DNA of 64,000 nt from Fimbriosthenelais zetlandica (GCA_977030845.1 OZ365109.1:61690001-61754000); one strand, 5' to 3'; numbered from the stretch's first letter, positions 12,488-31,116 are shown. The notes: generated by a model from the sequence alone, not told the origin. Numbers and translations: made by a program.

Positions 12488-15400
12488 ATGCCGAGGACGT
12501 ATTGTTCAGTGCCTGGTTGCGATGGCAGAGGTGGGCACCGCTTTCCGAACGATTTAGTTCGACTGCAAGAATGGATTATTGCTATCAGGCGGGTAAACTG
12601 GAGCCCGAGGCCGTCAAACTGTGTTTGTACGGCTCATTTTGACGAAACAGATTACCTTGAACTAACGCAAGGCCGTAAGTATTAAGTAAGAGATCAGAGA
12701 ATTCTGAAATTTACCCAAAGATTATTTTCGCCTGAATCATTATTAATGATTTATAATGATAATTACATGTTACATGATGTATAATAGTAATACCGGTAAT
12801 TATTTAAATAATTTATTAAATAACTTATTTATTTTTTTCATAAAGCTCTCGGCACCTCGCTAGGCAATAATAGAACAATGCAGATTTATTAGGCCTACTA
12901 AATTTTAAGGCCTGAGAGATGAGAATGACGCATTACATTTTTATTGAATCATTTTTTTAATAGTGTAAAATAGCTATATATTAAGCACAATTTTATTTTA
13001 TTGATTATCAGATAGCAATGGCCTAATATTTGCATTGACCATTGCAGTGAAAATACCAGCGAGAAGAAAACTGACTTCTGCAGCCGTTCCACATATATTC
13101 CCCTGGACCACACCAAGCTCAAATGTTCCAGTGCGAATAAGGCAAAAAAGAGGGCCAAAAGTTAAAAATATGCTCATCAAGTATGGAAATCCAGGCGTTT
13201 TGATGATGCAGGAGTATTCCACAAGACAGAGAAATCGGTATGATCCAACAGGTAAAATCCATGTAATTTCATGTCGTTTGACACCCCAAATTAATGTTAA
13301 AAGCAGGAACCTGACTCTTATTCCTCATTCCCTGACACAGTCATAATTACCTGTACAGACAGTACAGCTGTACCATTCTCACACTGAAGCACCATCTCAT
13401 GTATAGTTAGGCTGAATACAGTACCGTGTTGGCCTGGTTCCACTTGTATAAACTTGTATAGAATTACGTATATCGTATCTGTCCATCTTCATTTAATTTC
13501 GTAGAATCTACTTTACGGTTTAAATTTACATGATCCATGTTATGGTTTCATAGTTGACCCCAAACATTAAAAAATGTAGGTTTTGAAAGTTGAATGCATG
13601 TTTGAGAAGTTTGTCCCGACAATATGAAAGGTTCACATTTCTAATAATCCCAAGCTCCTGCCGAGATAATGGCAATGTTCTTCGTACTGATCCGAGATCA
13701 GTGTATCCTTTGTGGTAGCGGAATTGTAGCCGAGTAGGATGATGCATCGTGAATTGGAAACACAATATTTTCAATATTTCTTTTTGCAGTTCATCTCCTT
13801 TTCCCCCCGGCATGGATGGTGAAGATTTCTTTTTTGTTGCAATTTTGAAAGGGAAAAGTCAATGGAACCAAGTTTAAAGATAATTTGCATTAAAAACAGA
13901 ATATAATTCTCAATTAAATTTATTTTGTCAGGTTTTTGGCCGGGATTTTTTTCATATAGTAGTAACGATTAACGTATATTAAACTATTTACTATTTATGT
14001 ATTTTGTTTCTACCAATAGTTGAGAAGGACCATTCTTCTATGATTGCTCTACATCACAATGCTTCTGGGTCGTACTTGACAAAGTCTAACGAAGGGGGCT
14101 TAGAAGAACATGCATTGATGATTCCAACGCCAGCTCATGTTAGAGAGTTAGACTTGAAAGAATTAGCGACAGAGAAATATCAAGTACCAAATCAAAGGAT
14201 ATTTCATGGTAAAATAGTTATTTATTGAACAAATCTTATTACATTATCTCAATTAGGCCTACAAGCTAAATATTATGTCCGTTAGATGAAATGTGTCGAT
14301 TTACTTGTGTTTAATTTTCTAAATTTATAGAAACTTGATACATGGTTATAACTCATGTGGCAATGATGATTTATACTTTCAGATGATGATGTCCCGGCGA
14401 TCTCTAATGATAGTGCAAAAGAGGGTTCAATACCTTTAGTGAACATAAAAACAGAACCAGTTGAGATGGATTCTAGTGATAGTGATACAACCTACTCGAC
14501 CGATTACTCTTCGGCTGATCATCAACCAACGGACGAGAAAGATATGCCTGGTTCAAGCATGACCGCAGCTCTCAATGAAAATGACAATTCCTCTAGAGAC
14601 AGGCATGCCAACAGAGAAAAAGGCATACAAGTTATACACTGCAGGGAACCCAGAGCCGTCCATCCCATTTCCGTTATCAATTTAAGGCATGATATTGACA
14701 AAGAAAGTAATACTGATGGCACCAAGAAAGAATTAAAATCAACTATGGGGAATTCAGAGAAGACAATTAATCCGAATCAAGATACGCAAGATGTTTTAGA
14801 GTGCATGGTGTGTCAAGAGAAAACTAAGAATGGAATGGCTCTGAGATTTCATATATTAGACCACCAGAGAGATTTACTCAAGAAGTTTAATGGAGAGGAG
14901 AACTACCATGAACACTCTGATTTTGATACTGCCATCAAAAGATACACTGCCCGATTGTATACAAGTAATTATAAATGCCCTATCTGTAATCTACATTTTA
15001 AAGACTGGAATTCTCAATTATACCATTCTAAGGCAAAGTGTGGTTTAAGGTTTAAGGAATGGAGTCACGGCCAGAAAAAGGATGAAGAGGAGCTTTACAG
15101 TGAACGTGATCAGAAGTTTTGCAAAACGATATGTTACAAAGATTGTCATTACATAGAATGCCAAGATGACTCTTTAAAAGTACCTTCAAAATTGATGTAT
15201 AAATGTTTACTTTGCGAAGATTTCCATACGGATAGTACAGATCTGGTGGGACATGTGATGGGCCATGTTGATAATTATCAGAGAACTAAGAGAAAAACTC
15301 TCCAAGATAAAGGTTTTGTTAATAAAATGAATGTGCGTGGAATTACATGGCGTTGTCCTCTCTGCAGAGAGCACTTCGATGGACGAAATAAATTTCAATA

Positions 15401-16532
15401 CCACACTGACTTTGAATGTAAAATCGAATTTGATGAAGTGAAGTTGAGTTATACTTGCCTGCAATGCAACTCTTCTCATAAAACAATCAAACTTCTCCGG
15501 AACCATGTGTATAGGCACTTAATAGGAGAGCGTCAAAAGAAAGAATTGGAGGAAACGAAACAGTCAGAGGTTAGAAAACGAGTGGAGGAAAGATCATCAG
15601 AAAGAAAAAAGGCACGGAGGGCAAACGCATACACATACCAATGTGAGGACTGTGATGAGGGATTCGACGATTGGAACATGTTCAGATTTCACTGTCAAAA
15701 CTTGGGTCATCCAAATGTTAAACCATGGGAAAGTGATGTGTCTTTTCATACAGAAATTAGTCAGGACTTGTTTAACACATGGAAGATGGATAGTGAAAAA
15801 TGGTTGGCTAGGTACCGTGATCTATCCAACACCGGAGACAAAAACTACTGTGGGGACAACAGTATTAGCCCAATGACCTCAGTTATACCTGAAAGACTTG
15901 GTTCCAATGCGACGCCCTGTCTTCTAGTGTCAAATGTGTCTCAATTAAAAGAAAATCCTGTGAAAATATTTCCAGTGGAAGAACCTCCTCTAGAAGAATT
16001 GGACAAATCTTTGATGATAACACATGTGAAGGAATCCATTGAATGTTTGTATAATACATGCACTATCTGTGGGGAGGTGAACCTTAATGGTGACTCCTAT
16101 CGTTCGCACATCATGTTACATCAGGATAAATTTAAGCATAGCTGTGAGTCTTGCATTTCTGGATTCAACGATAAAATTGTCCTTGAAAATCACCTCATAG
16201 AAATTATGAAAGATAACTTGTCCGGTCACCGCCAACAAAGTCAACCTGATTGTCCATTTTGTGGGTCGAAATGTCACTGTTCCATCTGTAAATGTAGGCC
16301 TAATTCAAATATTTGCGATTATAGGCGTACTACCAAGAAATATTATATATGTTGTGTCTGTGGGACAGAACAAGAAACCGAACTTTCTTTCATTCGACAT
16401 ATGTGGAGCCACAAATCTGGGACTTTTTCTTGTTGTTTTTGTCTTCGAGTATTTAAAAGTAAGAACGAATTGGATGAACATTATTCCAGTAGTCCATGCC
16501 AAAGTGTTCCTCTGACAAATCAATATTTATAA
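12488..16532 (+). CDS. THAP-domain and multi zinc-finger protein (~909-921 aa, 4 exons)
   Basis: Exons 12488-12674, 13012 (or 13048)-13251, 14020-14208 and 14383-16532; all introns are GT-AG and phase 1, and the total is divisible by 3. The N-terminus MPRTYCSVPGC..HRFP..W..CVCTAHF..AVPHIF is the THAP C2CH signature with its AVPTIF-like box. The last exon carries about 10 CxxC-x12-H fingers. AATAAA lies at 16555. Confidence 0.85.
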
Positions 16533-16554
16533 GGACCAAAATAATTAATTTATT

Positions 16555-16560
16555 AATAAA
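16555..16560 (+). terminator. Candidate polyadenylation signal of the THAP-ZF gene
   Basis: AATAAA about 22 nt after the TAA stop at 16530-16532. Confidence 0.5.
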
Positions 16561-17285
16561 CAAGCACGGAAAATCTACTTCGATTGATTTTTTTTGGAAT
16601 TGATAATTATGCACATAAAATTCACTTGAGTGTTTCTTCTGGTAGGCTATAAAGGAAGTTGTCTCTGAACGGCTAATAGGCCTAGGCCTACTCCTATCTT
16701 TAGCTGACATAAATCCTACCAGGTAGGCCTACCTTCATTTATTTCTGTGAGGAATGTCTTAGGCTATCGATTCTAATCGATTCGATCGTAATAAATAATT
16801 TTGAAATTATATTCTGCTAATTTAACTTAGGTAGGATACATTGTAATACGTACACCCTTCCTTGCCCTTATTCAAAGATGTTTAATAAATGATGTTTATT
16901 ATATGATGTAAATAATATTGACCTGTAGGCCTATAGGCCTAGACTGTCTGAAAATACATTGTCAGATGTAGGCCTAAGGTGAAAATAAAAAGTCTTTGTA
17001 AACCCATAGTTCTATGGTACCGGTAGGCCCTAAACCTCAAAAAAAAGTTGACCGTCCGCTGGCGCCCTCGCCACCTATACGGTAAATTAAAGAACTAAGA
17101 AAAGGTAATCTTGCCTCATACTGGAGCGCCACTGTGCGGAGCGGAGTGTGTCATTGACAAGACGTACGGTACTGCCGCGCCACCCTCTGGATTATACTAG
17201 AACCAAAGTCTGCTATATCAGCCAATCACAGAGCGTCTTGCATCTAATCTTCGGCTTCATCCATGACTGTCGTTGATTGCAGAGC

Positions 17286-23208
<5,923 letters not shown>

Positions 23209-24327
23209 AACATTTATAATACCACCAAGATGTACGTATTAGTGACTAAAGTACAATATCTGCTAAACCGTATACATGAGACCGACCTTCAGATGAATAC
23301 AAAGAATTCGTACATTTAACTTCAAATTCCATTCCCATTAAATAGACTCCCGACTATTTCATCCTCTCCCAGACCATATGGAGTAGACATAGATATAATT
23401 CGTGAAGTTCAAACTCTTACAAAAGTAAGCGACTACATTTTAAGGCTAAAACATCTTTTTGATTAGCAGTTATATTTTATGTCAGTTATGTCTAACGTTA
23501 AGGTTATGAAGTCGGATATGTGAACAGAGAAATGAAATGTGTATTTTGGCAAATAATTCTTTTGTAGTTTCTGATATATTGTCAGAAATGTGAGCTTTTC
23601 GGTGAATTATTTTGATTTTTTTAACTACGTTTTAGCGGGCAGAATTGCCATCCATATTGTATAGTTCGAAATAATCGTGATTAAAAATATAAATGAATTT
23701 ATGTGTTTACGAAACTATGATCAACCCAAAGGCACATAGTATGTTGTGTTAGATTTGGAGGTCAGTGATCCTCTAGCGTTCGCCCATTTAATCAGTATTA
23801 TAGGACCCTCTGTGGGCGACATCTAACCTCAAATAGCAAATATAAGTGGGCAGAGTTGACCGGGGAAAGGGAGATTCTGCATGAAAAAAATTACCCATAA
23901 TATCACTTAATAGACCCCTCCCACATATATAAGGTATGACCCACTCCATTTTTTATGATCTGTAGACTTGCCAATATAATTATACCAGACGTAAAAGTCC
24001 AGTGACCTTAAATGATAGATACGAGTATAGTTTATTTCTTTTTATTGTAGAAACCATATTTGGACTATCGTATGAATAGACCTCAATTTTCTGGGGTGTA
24101 TTGACTATGACAATTACGTGTACACGAATAACAAATTGTGCATAGTTATTTGCGAAAAATTTGAACACATTTATTATGCTCTCCTAGTTATTCCGGCCCA
24201 GGAATAGACCGAATATACAATCATGTGCTGCATTAAATTTATGAATGATCACATGGGACACATGTGGCATACAAACTCTAAATATATATATATATTTTTA
24301 TATCCGTATCTATTCATATCAATCTAG

Positions 24328-27268
24328 TTACGATATTGCGTATTTCTTCTTCCCTTTTTCACTTATAACGCAGACGTGCTGAAATGAAAAAAAAACACCA
24401 CGATAATTAACTCATATGGATAAAACAGCAACTTTGTATTCGAAAATAGTTTATTCTTAGAAATCTAGATACATTCTAGCTTTAAATCTGACCGACATGT
24501 AATTGATCAAACAAGAATACTTACTCCAAGACCTCTGAACACTTCGTTATAATCGAGACCAAATCCAACTACAAATTTGTCAGGGATCTCAAAACCTAGA
24601 TCTTAAAGAGGAAAATGTCACAGATGAGTAAACGTTTTTTGAACCCTTAAAACGTATATTTAACTGCAGATACAATATGGTCTAAAAGTTTTCCCTACTT
24701 TTAAACTATTTAAAAATTGATACAATGTACTTTTTTACTTACAATCTGGCTTGTATCCAACAGCTAATGATGTACGTTTCAGCAACAAACTATATGATAA
24801 AGAGAAAAAAAAATACTATCTTTTCTAAAACATGTCAAAAGTGAACAATTATATTTCCTTATTTTGCTTTTACCTGCACAAATACAATCAAGAATTGTAC
24901 CTTAGTAGAATATTCTTTAATGCATGGCCAAGAGAATTGAGAAGGGCTTACCTGGCTACTTTGACTTTGCGAGGCTTTTGTTCCTTTATCATGTCTAGAA
25001 ATTGTATCATCGTGTTACCGGTGTCTATAATGTCTTCAACTACAAGAACATTCTACAAGAAAAGAGGAGACATTGCGTTAAATGTTTCACTGACAACGAA
25101 AATAGAAATATAAATCTAGGGTATAATTTAGATACCGAGATATTCATGAGAACATGGAATTGACATTACCTTTCCTTTGTATGTGGATAAATCATCGCCA
25201 CTTTTAAGCTGCACTTTACCCGTAGAACTTTCATTCTGTAATGGAATAACAAAAACGGAAACAAGACCCGGGGTTTAGAAATCAAAGATTACAGTCACTA
25301 TTCGACTAGTTGACAGAGGCAGGAAGGTATATTTGAACACTTGATATACGGCAATTACCAATGTATATAATGAATGTTTGTTCCCAATTGCCACAAGTAT
25401 CCAACATCCAAACGCATGATGCAATAATAATAATTTGTGTATCGATATACTTCTCAAGAGGGAATGGGAATAATGAGAATTGTATACTTCACATATCATC
25501 TGGTCAATATATGAGTGCATACACACTACCGATCAAGATACGATAGTTATGTCTTAAGAGGCAAGATAAAGTAACCAAATTAGGCTACAGTAACGCCAAG
25601 CCCTATCATACCACAGCATCCCATAACATGGTTGCTAGGACTTTGTAGATAATATCATAGTGCAATTTATACAATATCATATCACCCCACGCAACATGGA
25701 AAGATAACAAGGCCCAACATCTAACAATTAAATAAACGCCACGACCTTCGTCAGTGAGATAGTCACAAAGTCACGGTCCATAGTTCAGCTCCTCACTACT
25801 TTGTCAAACCACTCATAGATGATAAATGTGACCACTGACTGGATTCCATTCTTAAGGCTTTTCTAATTTCCATCGGTGTTTGCCAACTGTCAACTTAATC
25901 TTTTTTTAAATGTAGGCTTACATGCCCCTTCAAATTTGTTAAGCTATCTCAAAATTAAAATCGATAAATTTTTAAAGAGTCCTTAACATATATATGTTTA
26001 GGGCACTCGAGTTTCCGATATCAAGGGTAATTGACAATATCATAGAGCCTAGGTGTTTCAAACAAATAGCATCCCAGATAAAGAATGTGCACATTATCAT
26101 ATACAAGTATATCTACATAAATATGTTCGGTATAGACAGAATATTAAAGCAATCATACTGTGAAATAATGTGACAGTTCAAATAGCTGAAAATCCCAGTA
26201 TGTAAAATTTTGAATGAAGGATGCCCATTCGTTTCTCCAATGGTTTAAGTTGCATTACTTAGAGAGTCCCAGTGGATAGATAACGGCAAGACTTACCACA
26301 TAGCTTTTAAGTCGGATAAAATGGAGAGAGATTGGTAGAGCCTTGTTATGGAGCCCAGAGAGAACCTCTATCCGGCGGACGAGGTCAGTGAAGAATTGGT
26401 AAGCACCCTTCAGTACACATATGCAGGCTAGGGGTTCTGGAGATTTAGAAGGGTCTGAAAGTGACACCCCGAAATCTTGAATGACGTCCTGAGCTAAGCG
26501 ATCTATTCTGTCTGCGATCAATCCTGCCGGCAAGAGAACTGAATCCAGATCTTCATCATACTGCTTTGGTATGCAAAAATGTTGCAAGTTGTAGCCATCC
26601 GCATTGTCGTTTATCTGCAAAGAATAAATTTAAATTCTAATATATTTTCTTTTTTCAAACAAAATATATATATCTTAAGAATAATTTAAAAATGTCCCAA
26701 TGGGGTGGGTGGGGGAGGCCTACTTTGGAGCCGCCAACTGCTGGCTTGGAGACCTCCATGTCATGGAGCCCACACCCTTATTACCGGTACTATATATAGA
26801 TCTATATAGACTAGACCTGCAATGGTGTTTTTAGCAAAAGATTATCAAAATTGATGTTTTAAATCGGAAACACTAGAATCAACGTGCAGGTGGAACAAAA
26901 GGCCAATTTCATTATCCTTATTTTTGGCTGCTGAATGATGGAATATTGTAACTCTCTTACTACTACACTCGTAGTAGTATAACGTATAATCTATAGTATA
27001 GCTATAGGCCTACGCCTACACACGGTCTGTAGACAGTGCCAGTGCAGTGGTGAGTGGCAGTGCTGGGCCCCCGCTTCAGCACAGGCAGCTGCCGGGGTGT
27101 ATAAAAACCTACTAGATATCTATAACAATAGCGATTAGACTAGTAACTACTTTGTGAAAATGCTAGAAAATATTGTGATGCATGACACTGTTCCTTTTCA
27201 TATAACAGACCTGATAACGGCAGAAAGAAACTTACCACGATGTAGGGACGTCCATCAGTAGCCGCCAT
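24328..27268 (-). CDS. HPRT1: Hypoxanthine-guanine phosphoribosyltransferase (230 aa, 7 exons)
   Basis: Minus-strand exons 27268-27236, 26614-26297, 25235-25170, 25052-24952, 24789-24743, 24601-24525 and 24378-24328 sum to 693 nt. Motifs: [32 protein letters not shown] (PRPP-binding loop), [38 protein letters not shown]. Confidence 0.95.
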
Positions 27269-27761
27269 TTTGTCCGAGTAGATCATGTGATCTAAAGGCA
27301 CCTGATCGTAATTATTTCCCTCCCATGTGATTATCACACACAATCCCAAAACCACATGGAAAATATGTTTTATTAACCAGACTTATGCTTTAAACTGGTA
27401 CATATGTCACAAAAAAGGTAATCGAGATTTGTAGTGTTCCATAAATTATAATAATTAAATAATTTTCTGAATTTAACATTGCGAGTCCTAAATACAACCT
27501 TTCCTTGCTCATGGTGGCCCAGAAGGGTGACATTTACGATTTTTCTGCTTTAAAGGAAGGGTGCTTAAATTCTCACAGAGAACTCTTCCAGATTACCACG
27601 GACAGAAAATATTATTTTATTCACAGAGGCCGTGAGGCTGTGTTCAGTTGGGCGGGGTGTGTTATCCGATAACAGTATGATCAAACATTTTGGGCCACAG
27701 TATTTTTTTTTTACTTCATGGAGTCCCCACCAGGGGACGTCCCGGACAGGCTAAAAATAAA
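27269..27761. promoter_or_regulatory. Probable bidirectional promoter between HPRT and the uncharacterised gene
   Basis: Start codons face apart with 493 bp between them. GC-box GGGCGGGG at ~27650; YY1-type AAAATGGCGGC overlaps the HPRT ATG. Confidence 0.6.
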
Positions 27762-29504
27762 ATGAGACGGTCCTATGGAAGCCGTGACGAAGTCTGTTAT
27801 GAAATGAAAAAAGAGCCCAGACCACCTGACCGGTGTTGTACAAAGAAGAAGGTGTGTTACATCGTTTGTGGAATGACAGTAGCCGTCATGGTGGTCTTCA
27901 TTGCACTCATCGGGGCTCTACTCGCCATTACTACCGTCAATGGTTTCCCCCTCCACGCATCATGTAAAGTGACATGGTAGGCGTGTTTACATCTTTCCAA
28001 TATCTTACATAATGCCTGGTCGCTAAGCATAAACTAGTGAAATTTCTGACAATGAAATTAATTGTTTTAAAAAAGTTCCTGGACATCATGGGTTAGGCTA
28101 CCGGTAGGCCTAGGACTACTAGGCCTACTACCACCCATTAGGCCTACCAGCCTACCATTACCCAAGCAGTTTTCTGTTTTTTCGTGGGTTTTTTTCCCAA
28201 ACAGTTTTCTGGTAATTAATACTTATTATATTTCTTTGAAGATTCTTTCAATGATAATACCCTGTATTAGAGCCCTTTATATTACCTAATACCTAATGTA
28301 TATTAGGGCCCTATTACATTAGGCCTACCGGTACCTATTTAATTAGTTAACTATTTTTTTTAGATCTAGATCTATAAAGCGAAAATAAATTAATAAAATT
28401 GTAAAGAGTTTTGTCCCCACTTGAATGTAACAGGAACTGGACTTCAATCACGGGACTCTTCATGCAGGCTAAAAACAATCTGAATAAAATTAATGTTCCT
28501 TCTAATGTTCCGGTATGAGGAAAATAGCCTACCGGTATAATTTACCTGTTGCTTTTACTTTTTAAAACAATTTCAGGACCTTTGGTGTTCCATGCCAAAA
28601 TGCAAGTGATGCCATTGTAAAACAATTCCAACTCTGGGCTGGTTCAGATGGATGCAAAGGAGGCGGGGAGAAGTGCCTTTACTCGGTAAGTAGCCTAGAC
28701 CTACATTAAAATATTTAAAACGTGTTTAAATGGAAAAATAATAATATGTTGTATCGTATGAGGAATTTCCCCCACAATGAATCTTGCTGTATTTTACAGG
28801 TGACAAAACGGCTTGGGCTGAAAATCAAGGGAAAGCATAAGACCCCGGTAAAGCACTATGTTGATGATCTGACCTTTGATTTTATTCCGAGCAACGAAAC
28901 CTCGAAATGTATTGGGAAGGTTAGTTATTCTTTATTTAATCACATGTTAACATTTCAATAAATATTTCACTTTCAAACTGGAAGATAGTAGGCCCTTTCG
29001 CCTAATGACAATAAATTTAAGGAGCTTTCAATTTCGAATACACCTGTCGACAAAACACATTTTTAATTAGATGATATTTATTTTAAAATATAAATTATAA
29101 CTTCTTGTATTCTACCCGGTATAGGGGTACTCCACATCTGAAACCTGGTATGCCTTACTAGATTATGGGACTAACTACTGCAACCTCCACAACCTGATCA
29201 CAGGTAAGTTGGCCTTATTTTTTTATCTGGTGAATAATAGACCTGGAGGTCGTTTTTCATTTAGACACCAGGATTGTCAGATCTTATATATCTTAAGATA
29301 AGGTAAAGTAATTTTACTTGTTTTGTATTTCATTGAGATCGGTAATGTTAATTTTCAAGATATTTAATACATAATTTGTAGATCACCTTCATTTAATCAT
29401 ATTATTTTTAAGGATCGGGTCTAGATAAAACTGAAGGCTATAAAGAATCCACCAGTAACTCCAAGTGCACTCAATACTCCGTGGCCGACTGTTCCAAGTA
29501 TTAA
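27762..29504 (+). CDS. Uncharacterised Cys-rich single-pass or secreted protein (204 aa, 5 exons)
   Basis: Exons 27762-27976, 28577-28685, 28800-28919, 29125-29203 and 29413-29504 sum to 615 nt with canonical splice sites and compatible phases. A hydrophobic segment IVCGMTVAVMVVFIALIGALLAITTV precedes an 8-Cys domain (HASCKVTW..CLYS..HKTPVKHYVDDLTF..GYSTSETWYALLDYGTNYCNLHNL..CTQYSVADCSKY). AATAAA at 29512. Confidence 0.88.
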
Positions 29505-31116
29505 CATCCTCAATAAATCTACCTGAGACGAACTGCTCCGGTTACGCACAGGCCTGCATTTCTGAAGCTGAATTCTGGAGAAAAAATCGGCTCATTCTTT
29601 GATGAATATCTCAATTCGATAATTGACTATTATAAAACATTTTCAAACCTACAAATCAATATTCTTCTAGTCCCCAGTGTTGTTACACTGTTGTATGAAA
29701 ATTCTATGAACTGTTGGGTTTCTGTTTCTTTGCTTTCAAGACTCGCAATTTAATTACTGTGGAAGCGTAAAGGTCACACCATACTAAACCATACTAGTCC
29801 ATGATAAACAATACTTGATGAGAATTACCTAATATTCGTATGTATTCCTGTCCATTCATATCAAATAATTTTCATATTCCTATCTCAATAAGCACTATAT
29901 GTATATCCATACATGTGATTACCATGAGACGCATGGTGTTATGGCATTTACTGATATTGCATAAATTTATATCTTGACCTTGTATGTTATTAAGTGTAAT
30001 GTGCTAGATGGGCTTGAGGTCATTGTAGAAGAGAAAGCCATGAATATCGTGCCTAATGTAAATTTGTGTGTGTCAACATGTTAAATTGATTTGTAATTTG
30101 CAGTGTAATCTTAAGTCTGGAGTACAAATACTGTTTATGCCATTTCTGCCTATGGAATAGATGGGGACTGAATAAATGTATCGAGATCAGAACGCAGAAT
30201 TAGAATAAACACATTTTACATAATATATTATGTAACCTTGTTCTCATGGTGGGATGTTAAATATTGTATTATGTAGAAAGTGCTACGGAAATATCACAAT
30301 CCATAGGATGTTCTCATTAAGCTGTTAAAAATGGTTGTTGAATTACTGACCATTTCCATATATGGGTTTATATATGCATTTATAAATACATGTCTGCTGA
30401 AAAAAATAAGATCTATAATTATATTTCATGCACTGATACGGTACTCGTCCAGATTTGTGGTACCGTATGTGCACTTCATCTATACGTCATGAGTGTATAC
30501 ATGTAGATTTACATTAATACACATTTCGTTATTCTATAGTTGTCATTTTCAGTCCCTCCACACCTATTCTATTCAATTTACTTGTATCATAAGTTTAAAT
30601 ATGATAATATTATATGCCAGTTCCAACTGTAGGCCTACTGCATGTAAATCCTTTTCAAAAATGCTAAAGTTTAATTTTGTCTTAAGGGCATACGGTGCGG
30701 TTTGAAAATCTGTGTATTGTTATACTGGTACTCTGTATATTTGCCCAAGTCCAGAGCTTTCTCTTGGTGTGAATTTCCTGCTGCCAAATGTTTGAAAGGT
30801 GGGACAAGATCTATCTGGTCTAAGCATTCCGGATTTTAATAGCAAGGTCATTTAATACGTTTAGGCATATTGTTCCTTGGAATCACTCGATGAAATAAAT
30901 TTCGTTTGAAATAATTGAATATACATGTATTCGCTTTGTGCTATATCATCTGTGCTATTCCATGGGTTTACTTCTATGGTACTAAGGCATTTATTAGAAC
31001 CAAATGGTGAATCATTATTTTCCAGTATCATTACATCTACTAGGTATTGTGCTATTGTCATAAAAATAATTTGCCCATAATATGGGAGAGGGTGAATGAA
31101 TCTTCCATTCTTAAAT

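Noticed and set aside
12488-13251. Active P-element/THAP9 transposase
   Set aside because: No transposase catalytic region follows the THAP domain and no terminal inverted repeats flank the gene.
13526-13813. 95-aa minus-strand ORF in a THAP-gene intron
   Set aside because: No motif; lies antisense within an intron and looks like a repeat remnant.
29505-31100. SECIS element or selenoprotein readthrough; ORF 30861-31061
   Set aside because: No in-frame TGA in any reconstructed CDS and no convincing SECIS fold; the ORF has no recognisable motif or splice context.
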